A DNA stretch of 64,000 nt from Eledone cirrhosa (Eukaryota): positions 40,920,001 to 40,984,000 of the forward strand of contig OZ024746.1 in NCBI GenBank assembly GCA_964016885.1, given 5' to 3'. Both the position numbers and the translations under genes were made by a program. The notes below the pieces were generated by a model, which had not been told where the DNA came from, did not search any database, and saw only the letters and a program-made list of their open reading frames with translations. Numbering within the stretch: the stretch's first letter is position 1; each line of letters begins with the position of its first letter. Shown in pieces: positions 39,467-51,600 of the stretch.

Positions 39467-42400
39467 ATCAAATTGGAGTCAATTATGTTTTATTTGTAAG
39501 ACTTCATGGATGGCAGCGACAGCTGACATCTTTAACTTTCAATGCCTTCTTCCTATTCTTGCAATGAAACAACAACAATAACAGTAACAACACAATCTTG
39601 TTTTTGTTCATTTTCAACTAGAAACGTTTAGACTGTTATGAAGGAAAAACTATAAAAAGACAAACAAAGAAACAAATTTTTAATGGCTTGCTATTAATAA
39701 ATATTTTTGCTATGAATAAATCCATGGCAATGTATGGCACAAAATAGTGCTAATCTATATATCTAAAACAGAGAATGTCTGTGACTAAAACTCGAGAATC
39801 ACCCAACCGATTGTTTTCAAACTTTACACATGTAATACTTATGGTCCTGTGAGTGTTTTGAGCAAAAGATATTTTAAATTTTCAATGCCCTAGGGACGGC
39901 ATTAGGCGATTTAGCAATCTCTCTCTATAATTCTTAGTATTTTTTTTTAGATAGATACATAGATATAATGTTGCGCCCTTATAATATCTGTCTGTATGTC
40001 TGGCTGTCTGCATTACATTATGACGCTATATGTGTGTGTGTGTATATATGTATATATATATAGTGTGTAACGTTTTTCGAAATATTTACTTCTACGTTCA
40101 CAGATTGATTTTTTTTAGTTTCAGAAGATCCCGTTAAGGGTGAAAGCAGCAATTCTTTGCTTAAACTTTAATCTGTTATTTTAATATATATATATATATA
40201 TATACGCAACTACACTAACCAACATTAATAACGCAGCATGTGATATTGTTAAGAAACTGAAAATCGACGATAGAACGGTACTCCTATCTCCAGCTACACC
40301 GACTTTTAATCTGAAGGACCATAAGGATAACTTCGATACTAACCATAAAATTAGATTAATATGTCCTTCAAAGTCCGATATAGGTAGAATCAGTAAGTAC
40401 ATATTAGATCGTATTATCCCCCAAGTTAAGGCTAAGGTCGATATTAAATTATGGGGTAATACTCAACAGGCAATAAGATGGTTCAATAGCATTAGGGACA
40501 AAAACAAATCTTCTTTTATTCAATTCGATATAGATGAATACTATTCCTCTATTTCACCCGAAACCCTGCATAAGGCCCTCTCATTCGTTAAGACTAACTC
40601 GGACCTCACAACTGAGGAAATTAATATTATACTTGAAGCTAGACGCACAGTAGTGCATTTTGAAAATAGTTATTGGGTCCGCAGAGATAGACCCTCGGAA
40701 TTCGACATTACGATGGGTTCTAATGATTCGGCGGAGGTCACGGATCTGGTTGGGATCTATATAGCCCACAGACTCCAGAGCGAATTTACGGACCTCCACG
40801 GCGGAATATACCGCGACGATACACTTCTATTAGTCAAGAATATGAACAATAGAAAGGCGACGTAAAAACATTAGGAAACTTTTCTTAGAACTAGGGCTTA
40901 ATATTACCTTCGAACACAATCTTAAGGTGGTCAACTTCTTGGATGTCACCTTCAACCTTAATAACGGTAATATAGAGCCATTTCACAAACTTAATGAAAA
41001 TCTCAAGTACGTTAATGTAAAATCGAACCATCCCCACTCCATTATTAAATCTATCCCTAAAAATATATCCATAAGGATCTCCCGACTGTCGTCTAATTTG
41101 CGGACCTTCAACGAGCATGCTGAATATTATAATGGCACACTTAGAAAAGCTGGTTACTGCGAGAAAATAGAATATCTAGACGATAACCACATAAGTACTA
41201 TGAATAAAACACATCTAAGTCGAACTAGTATTGCACCACACACACACATCAATAGGCATACTAATAGGTGCAAACCAGCAAATAGAGTCAGACGTAGAGA
41301 GTACATATGGTATAACCCCGTGTACAATATTTCTATTAGCACTAAGATTATCTCACAATTCTATACACTAATCAATAAACACTTTACAACTTCACATAAA
41401 TACTATAAAATCTTTAACTCGCGCACCATTAGACTCTCATACTCCACTGCACCTAACATAGAACAACTAATTAAAAAACTCAACTCAGCAATACTAAATA
41501 AGTACATCCCTAATGACTCAGCGCACCAGCATAGCAACATACAACACACTAACACGCAACTACAACCCCACCAAACTATCCAGGATACTACTGCAAAACA
41601 TAAAAATAATTGTAACTGCACCAAACCAGGTACGTGCCCACTGAATAACCAGTGCCTAGCATGCAATATTGTCTACCGATGTACAATAAATTCCGGAACC
41701 AACAAATGGTATTACGTCGGATGTACCGCAACTTCTTTCAAAGCTCACCTATACCAACATCGATCTTCGATCAGGCACGAGAAAATGCCCTCCGTAACAA
41801 CCCTCGCCGATAAAGCCTGGCAGCTCCGGAGGAACAATCAAGCATTCTCCCTTGATTGGCAAATTATTGCAGCTGCGCTTGCATAATAGCAAAATCATCG
41901 ATTCTGTAAATTATGCAATATGGAGATATACTGCATTTTAACGTCGGTAAACAAACTTTTGAACAGCAAAATTGAACGTTCACTGTACTGTAACCATCGT
42001 TTGAAAACGACTTTTTCTTTTTTTTAAATGCATATAATGTTACCTTTTTACACCACCGTTTGCAAATTTCTGTTTTATATGTTTATACACAGGATATGGC
42101 TTTCTATAATAATAGTACTAAACACTGTTTTCTGGACCCCTTTAGAAGTAACCTGCTACTATAATAGCCCCAATAACTTGTCTGTAACTCTGTACCACTT
42201 TGACCCCTTTAACTACATTTTGTCCAAACAACACCACTAGAAGAATTTACTTCCCCCACCAACCCTAACATGCCTCATTAAGCTAACTGCTGTCAAAACA
42301 TTCTCTCCTTACAATCTCTACTAGTCTGACAGTCTTAAATCCTAGGACTCCCTCCCCCTTACTCACTTCCCTCTTCCCTTTCTCTTCCTACCTCCTTCTT

Positions 42401-42608
42401 TCTCTTTTATCTAGTGTATAAAATATTTTCATATCATTCCAATACAAAGGTCTGACGACATGGTGTGTTTGCTTACAGTGTACCTTCGGTTTATGATAAT
42501 ATTTTTATATTATTCAAATAGCGAGGTATAGGTAACCCATACACTATAGAAACAATTGTTACCTAATAAATTCTTTATACCCGCATTTCCGTTTCATAAA
42601 CTTCTTCT

Positions 42609-42657
<49 letters not shown>

Positions 42658-45600
42658 TATATTCATGTAAAAATATTTTTGTATTCACAATAACAAAATA
42701 TAACAAAATATAAACAAACGAGGCTTATATATCAAATATATAAGAACCCTAGAGCAAATCCCGAGCAACGCTGGGCCATTCTGCTAGTTCCTATTAAATA
42801 TACTAATACATATAAATCCCACAATAAATAATTTGAATAATTTGGTGTGGCAATACATAGAAATGGTGGGCTATTAGTGTATGGACACCTAACCGCGGTC
42901 AGAGGAGGGTTGGCCAATCGGCTTTAACTTACATCGACCAACTATGTAGAGACATAGGATGTTACTCTAATGACCTCCCAACACTTATGCTTGATCGTGA
43001 TGGATAGTGTGCTAGGCTCATGAATGTCCAAGCTAGTTCGACAAGATGATGATGACACATATGGAAAACAAAGATGTTTAAGGGTCGAAACACTTGCACG
43101 AGGTTGGGGGGGGGGGTCTTCTCTGATGTCCTTTTGTTGCTGTCCAGCTCTCCTGAGACTTTCTTACGACTCCTTACCACCACACAATGATGATGACATT
43201 GATGATAAGGATTTATGGACAACAAAGTTGTCTAAAAATCTGGTTTCTGCACCTACAACATCATCATTGTCATCATTACCACAGGCCATTGCTTCTCTTA
43301 TCATGATTGCTTTTACATCCATTTTTGCATGCTAACACAGGCTGGATGACATTTTTAGGAGAGGCAGTATTATACAGCACAGTAACCAAACAGCTTAGCA
43401 TATGGAAATATTTAATCTTTAAAAAATATCTAGTATTACAGTAACATAATGATGGCGTTACAACTTGAAAGTTTTCTCTAAGTTCCATGACTAACAATGT
43501 AATAATATTATCATAGCAAAACTAAACATGTTATAAGCATATAAATTTATTTTAAACATTAAATATACTCTCCCTGCGTTGAATAATTATACACACTCAT
43601 ATAAACATAAATATATGCCTGTGTATGTGTGTATATGTAGATATACATAATATGGGTGCAGCATGGCTGAATAGTTAAGATAAGTGGCAAACCTATTTTT
43701 AAAGAGTGTGTGTGTGTGCACATCATCATCATTTTAATGCCAGTTTATCTATGCTGGCATGGGTTAATGAAACTTTTTGAGGCAGATATATTTTTTTTAC
43801 AAATGAATGCCCTTTCTGATATCAACACTCAACCAGTAAGTTTGAAGGTCCTCCAAGTGACCCAAATTTTGTAAATCTTTAAGAAAATTTTCCCCTAGTC
43901 ACTTAATGGTGCTCAATACTTGCTTTCAAATGCTCTGGATGTCTTATAGATTTGAAGACTGGTTATAAATCCTTTAAAGTTTTAGAAATATCTAAAAGTG
44001 CCATTGCTGGCATCTCACTGAAAATCTGTTAGTTTGATTTTAAACTAAAGGTTTTACAAACATAATATTATAAACCTTAATCATTGTCTCCATTTAACAT
44101 CCATTTTTCCATGCTGGCATAGGTTAGATGAGTTATCCTTTTGTGAGCAATGCCAGGTTAAGTGACCATGTCTTGCTCATACAGAACTGATTTTGGCTTG
44201 GTTTCTACAGCTGGATGCCCTTCCTAACACCAACAATATTATAAACCATAACACCAAGTATTATAAACCATATCACCAAGTATTATAAAACATAATACTA
44301 ACTATTAAAAACCATATCACCAAGTATTATAATAATGATAATAATGAAAATTATTGTGTACAGTGCTCAGGTGCACTACAACTCATCAATGGTACATGTA
44401 TATAGTACATTGAATAATGTACAAATGTCAGGAAAGTGAACAGTGTATGAGTCATGATATATATGTGTGTGTATGGAGCGTATCAGGTGTGGTGTTGGCA
44501 AATTTTCTTATGAAAAATATAGATTTACTTTTAGGTGTGATATATATGAACAATTGCAGCATACACAATGGTAATATTCATGAAAGAGGACAGTTGTTGG
44601 TGTAATAAATCTTATACAATAAAGTATTTCCCACTGTGGGAATGAGAGCAGAAAAAAAAAAAAAAAAAAATCTTGCTTGTTTCCTACCTAGCAAGACTAA
44701 TACTATTTGAGTGAATATCGATGACAGTATTTAGAGTAGAGAGAAAGTGTATGGCTTTGTGGTTAAGGAATTCAGCTCACGATCATAAGGTTGTGAGTTT
44801 GATTCTCGGTGGCGTAGTGTCCTTGAGCAAGACACTTTATTTCATGTTGCTGCAGTCCATTCAACTGGCAAAAATTAGTTATACCTGCAATTCGAAGGGC
44901 CAGCCTTGTCACATTCTGTGTCATGCCGAATCTCCTTGAGAACTATGTTAAGGGTATGCGTGTTTGTATAACACTAAGCTACTTGCACGTTAATTTCATG
45001 AGCAGGCTGTTCCATTGATCAGATCAACTGGAACACTCGTTGTAACCGATGGAGTGCCTTCCATTTAGAGTAGATTTTCTAAAGCCTTAAATTATATCTT
45101 TAAAAATTCATGATGCATCAAGATATCTCATGCACTGCACTACAGTATCACAGTACACCATTTGAGAACCAATGTTTTATCATCTCAAATAAAGGGCACA
45201 CTGAATAATATACTCCACAGTACATTATACCTGAAAATAAAAAAAGACGGGAAGGTCATAGCTGTGATACCTTTGACTATTGATCTGCTCAATCAGAGCT
45301 TACCAGGAGATTGACACCAACAACAACTTATTTAACAACAACTTATTTTATGATTTTTATTTGTATTTCTATTGCATTGAAATTTAGAAAAAAATTGTTT
45401 TAACCCTTTAGCATTTAAACCGGCCGTATCCAGTCAGAATTCTCTCACCTCTTTCTGTTCAAACTAGTGGTAACCGGCCACTTATACTGATGTTAAGGTA
45501 TTGTTCTCCAAATAAATAACATCAAAATCTCATAGATTCAATGTCATGTGAGATAATTATGCTTACCATGAAAATATAATAGTAAATATAGAGTAATGTA

Positions 45601-48600
45601 AATACTAAAGGGTTAATGTTATATACAACGGAAAGAGTTTTCCCTATAACCAGCCTGTAGAAGACATTCAAATTAGTGACATGAAGGTCTGGATATGATT
45701 GATGTATATAATAGTATATAATTTTGTATATAATAGTATATAATGAAGGTAAAATATATCGGGCGGGAGGGGGGGGGGGTCTGGAAGAAGAAAACAACAG
45801 CTGTAATTTACTAACATCGAACTTTAAAATTATGCCTGTGATTTTATAAGTAGGTCAAAATGTCTGCATCTCTGACATATATAGGCCAATGACATTTACA
45901 TTTTGATATTTTAAATTAGGGTAATAACTAGACTATTAGTAAAGAAGGGAGGTGGATTGGTAGAATTAGTAGAGAGTCAGGCACAAAACTATTGCGGTAT
46001 TATAAAACAAAACGCACTGTTAAAGGGAACAGAAAAAGGAGAAAATGAAAAGGAGAAAAAGAAAGAAGGATCAAACAATGAAAGAAAGGGAGAGGGACAG
46101 TTACTACACCCCTGTCTGAGCGGTGCCTCAGTTGTGCCCCATGGACAAAACGGTAGAAGTGTTACAGCAGAGAATGGCCAGAAACACCCGCTACAAGAGC
46201 CACCCTGCCTCAAGGGACTTCCTCCTCAAAAGGGCTGCTTTCCGATTTTACTGAGGAAATCAGCAGTACGGGGACCAAGGATGCCAGAGGTCTCAATGGA
46301 AACTGGTGCAAATAGGAAGTGGTCGGTCAGCAGAGCCTGGGTTTGTGGATGAAGCAACAAGGCTGGAGGCAGAGAATGAGTCGTTGCACATCATGTTCCA
46401 AATTAGGGATTTACCCCCTCAAAAGGGAAGAAGGTTAATCCATCGCCACAGCTGGCTCCAATTGTGAAGGGAAACTGGCTGTGTCGAGGCTCCTTCTGAT
46501 GATATCATTCAGAGCAGCATGATTGGGGAGCTGGCCGGCATTAAGGTGGCAAGACAACAGGTGCAGACCGAACTCATTGACCACTGCTCCACAACATCAT
46601 CTGTGTGGTTCACACACATGGATGCCGAGGTGCTGAGCCACTTCAATGTAGGTGCACACCTTATCCAGAAAGGTACTGGTTGATAAGGAAGAAACCAAAT
46701 AGAGTATTAGAAATACTTAGCAAATGGAATTGATGGACAAAAGACACACACACACAGCCATGCACACATTCACACTTACACACAGGCTCACACACATATA
46801 CATAGACACACACTCACACTCACACACTCATACATACTCTCACACACTCATACATACTCTCACACACACTCATTCACATGTTACAGAGTGTACAAAACTT
46901 CCCTTTGGAGAGGACACCTGTCCATAGCAGGGTTAAACCCCCAGCTATTGCTGCTGGTACTCATTTTCAACTGACACACACTCACACACTCATACATACT
47001 CTCACACACACTCATTCACATGTGGGAGTGAGAAAGATAGAAATATTTGTCCCTCAGTCCCTTTTGCTATGCCTTTTTAATCCCATCTTGGAACCATTTT
47101 TTAATCTGGCTCTCACCATCTCCCTCACATTTCACTTGACTTCCACCTTGTTACAAACTTCTCACCCAACCCTAACCCTTTAGCATTTAAACCAGCCGTA
47201 TCTGGCCAGAATTCTCTGACTTCTTTCTGTTCAAACCAACTGTAACCAGTTGCTCATACTGATGCTATGGTAATAACTAATATCAAAATCTCGTAGATTC
47301 AATATTATGTGAGATATTTATGTGAGGTAAAGCCTTTACCACAAAAAATACAATAGTAAATATAGAGTAATGTAAATGTTAAAAGGTTAAGTGACAGAGT
47401 GTACAAGACTTCCCTTTGGAGAGGACACCTGTCCATAGCAAGCAGAGTTAAACCCTCACCTATTGCTGCTGGTACTCATTTTCAACTGAGTATACTGGAG
47501 CAATGTAAAATCAAGTGTTTTGTTCAAGAAAACAACACACAGCCCAGTCCAGGAATGGAACCGACAACATGATCATAAGTCCAACACCCTAACCACTAGG
47601 CCACACACAACACCTCACTATATTTCCTGGCAACAGTCCCAAACATCTCAGTATTTCACTCCTCAGAGTAAATCAACATCCTCAACCTGTCCTGTACAAT
47701 ATTTCAATTTCATTTTCCAAAAAAATATACTTAATAAGTAAAGATAAAAGTAAAGAAAAATGGGAAAAAATAGTCACCTCCAGCTCCGTATTTAAATGAC
47801 TTCATTAACATATGTAACATTATCATATGGATGATGATGATGATAATGATGATAATGCTAATAATAATGATAACGATGATCATAATGATGATTATGATAA
47901 TGATAATGATGATAATAATGATGATGATAATGATAATAATAAATGTTTCTACTTTTGGCACAAGGCCAGCAATTACCCAGTGCATTACTGGTACTTTATT
48001 TTATCGACCCTGTAAGGATGAAAGGCAAAGTTAACCTTAATGATGATGATAATGATAATAATAATGTTTCTACTTTTGGCACAAGGCCAGCAATTACCCC
48101 AGTGCATTATGATAATGATGATGATGATGATGATGATGATGATAGTAATGATAACAATGGCAATGCTATAACAATGAATGTTTACAAGTCAATAGACACA
48201 TTATTATATTTATATAAAATTAATCATCAGAAATTGCACAATGGTAAGTGTAGAGATTGTTTTAGCTGTCTGAACAGTAACAGATATTATAGCAAGGATC
48301 AATCAATATATACATTATATATATATAGCAGAATATGGAGCTAGCTTGATTTATGACTATATTTTATAATGTTACTTCCTGCAGCTGCCTGTGTGGGACT
48401 AATATAGCATTTACAGCAAAATAATACTTTATTTGATGTCCAACATGTTGTTGTTGTTTTTGTTCTTGTTTCATCCTGATAGAATAAACAGAGCATTTGC
48501 AAACAACCCCCTCTCCACCCCTCATAAGTTCAATCTCTTCTTGTATATTTGAAATGATAGCCTAATGGTCAGCAAAAAGTATTATAATGTCATCTCTCCT

Positions 48601-51600
48601 GCTAAAGCGAAAGGGGGGGGGGGGGTTAGCCGTGTGTCGAGGTGGGGTGGGGGCATGATAAGCTTCTCCACTTTTCCCTATTATCTGCATCTCTTCTCAC
48701 TAACCCCACTGGCTTTCATTTCCTTCTCCATCATAGTGACCATAGTAGAGATATGCAATAGTGAGGTACATCTTTAGGTAAGCTAAATGAATGAAAGAAA
48801 CTTTGGACTTTAGCACATAATCTCATAGTCTTAACCCTTTAACATTTACATTACTCTATATTTACTATTGTATTTTCTAGGTAAAGGCTTTATCTCACAT
48901 AATATCGAATCTATGAGATTTTGATATTATTTATTTTGAGAACAATAGCTTAACGTCTGTATGCGTGGCTGGTTACGGCCGGTTTGAACAGAAAGATGAG
49001 AGAATTCTGGCCTGATACGGCTGGTTTAAATGCTAAAGGGTTAAATCTCTTATTGTAATCAATGCTAAATATATTTTAAAAATCAGATATGAGTGATCTA
49101 CATTAACAATTTACGATACTTATATTACCCCACAGATGGATAAATTAATAGATTACTGGACAATCAACTGAGAGCTGAGTATTTTTTACATTCTCACTTT
49201 CACTGTGTTGTGTCAGTTGTCAAGACATTTAATGGACCATTTAACACAGCTCTATGTAATGTCTGAATGATGGTATAGTTCACCATTTATAAGCTGTGGT
49301 AGCACTTGGAAACTGACAAATGTATCATTAGCTCACAGTGCAGGTGAAAACCACTCCAATGTATTCGTGGCTGGAATCATTACAGGAAAACAATATTTTT
49401 AGTAGTGCCTCAATAGTACGTTTGAGTTATGGCACTAAGAACAACAACCATCACTGTCATAACAATCATCATACATAAACCAATAAACCAATATGGGAGC
49501 CTCTGAATGGTTATTTGAGCAGCTAAATTCCTCTCAAATTACAAAAAAAAAAAAAAAAAAAAAAATTTAAGTCACCTTTGATAATAAATTCCTTGATATA
49601 TTGTTTGCTGTGCATATCCAGTTTTGAATAGATATACCATATCCCCGTGTGTCGTAAGAAACAATTAAAAGGGTTGGTGCCAGGAAGGGCATCTGGCTGT
49701 AAAACCTTGCCTCAAAACGGACCCCATGATGAGTATGAAGCTTGTCATGTAGCCTCACAAGGCTAACACCTGGTTTAGCAGTGAAATTGGCTTTAAAATA
49801 CTTATAGTAGTAGTCCTTGATTTATTATCTGAATATAACATAAGATGTTCATCACTGGAATTCTTTGACCATAGGTCTGTTTGATAAAAGCGTACCTGGT
49901 GTTAAGCATCAACAGCAACCAGCATATATATATATATATTTTTTTTTTGCCAAGAAATAATATTTGTTGTTCAGAAATAGATTCTGGCCCACAGTAGAAC
50001 TGTATCTTCTCTTTGTTTATCCTACTGATACAGTAAATTTCTTCTTGATTCTATATTGCTCCCATCTAAACCCACAAAGTTTCCTCCTATCTCACAAATT
50101 TTACTCATACCAAATATTTTCTCAGAACTAATTTTCTTTCAAACTCACTTTCTCTCTATATTTTCCCCTCAATTACCATCAGCCTGTAATAATTCAAACT
50201 TATATTAACTGCTGTACCTCACCTTATTTAGCTATTGTTGTTATTTAGCTTCAGATCAGGGAGGTGGATTGGTGGTATCGGTACAGTCAGACACCATGCT
50301 TTGCAGCATAGAGTTATGCTCCTTTATGGTCTAAGTTCAAGTCCCATCAAGGTTAACTTTGCCTTTCATCCTTACGGGGTCGATGAGGTCGATGGGGTCG
50401 ATTCATTGGTTCAAAACTTATTTAGTAATTCCTTATAGATTAGTAAAGGAGGACATGAGAAAGATGCAGTCACTAACACAAAATTCTCAGACAAATGAAA
50501 ATAAAATAGAAATGTAATTATATTTACCAATAACATGGACATTTTTTCTGTCTGCATTGATCATCAATTTTCTCTGAATTTTACTGACACCATTTTTTGG
50601 GTAAAGTACCATTACTCCTATTGATCCATTACCTGAAAAAAATTACCATTAAAGTCTTAAGCAGGTTTATGTATAAATAATTGTTTCTACTTTTGGCACA
50701 AGGCCAGCAATCACCCAGTACATTACTGGTACTTTATTTTATCGACCCCGTAAGGATGAAAGGCAAAGTTAACCTTGGCGGGATTTGAACTCAGAATGGC
50801 AAGGGTCGTAACTCTATGAGTCAAAGCATGGTGTTCGACCCGCTACCGATACTGCCAATAATACTTTCTAATATAGACACAAAGCCAGGAATTTGGGGAA
50901 GGAAAACTCTATATATATTTCTGTACACAGCCCTGGATTAACCTTTAAGCAAAATATAAGTACATGCTTAGGGCCTTAATTAAAAAGGGACCCCATAGAG
51001 TACTTTTTCAGTAGAATATATTGGAACTTGTTCCATATACAGAATATGGAGGTACCATAATCTTTTCAATGATTAGGGCCTCTAAAGATTTAAATTGACT
51101 CTGTATTAATTGTTGAAGAATCATACTACTCACTTTTCAATTTTGAAAATCCTTCAATCACAGCACTTCCTGTATCTCCAGATGTAGCAACAAGAATCAC
51201 AAATCTGTAAAATAAATGGCTACATTTAGTGTGTTATTCTAAAGAAGTTATTCTATAGAGGAAAACTGAAATACAACTGAGGCAATTCTGTCATTAAATG
51301 TGGAATAGAATTGTTAATGCTAGTATATTAAGTTCAGAAAATCAAGACATTAAGAATTGAACTGAATAACAATATCTTTAGAAATATAAACTATATGAAG
51401 TCATTGACACACACACACCAACACACAGACACTATACCAAGCACACACAAACACTGCACACACCACACATATATATGATTTTGCTTTGGATCTCTGAGAT
51501 TTTGGGTTCAGTTCCACTGTATGGTACCTTGAGCAATTGTCTTTTACTATAGCCCCAGGCCATGAAGGTACATGGTTTAGTGGTTAGGGTATTCAGCTCA

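Larger units (their letters stand above)
39754..42787 (+). mobile_element. Non-autonomous Helitron interrupted by Penelope-like insertions
   Basis: 5' A|TCTATATATCTAAAA; 3' hairpin CCCGAGCAACGCTGGG (42760-42775) then CTAG|T; A|T insertion site, no TSD. Confidence 0.7.

Noticed and set aside
41600-42027. Possible selenocysteine-encoding Naiad element
   Set aside because: The linker and endonuclease cysteines use TGT/TGC, and the in-frame stops are TAA/TAG rather than TGA
47731-48344. Poly-I, poly-D/N and poly-M ORFs
   Set aside because: Artefacts of (GAT/AAT)n microsatellites
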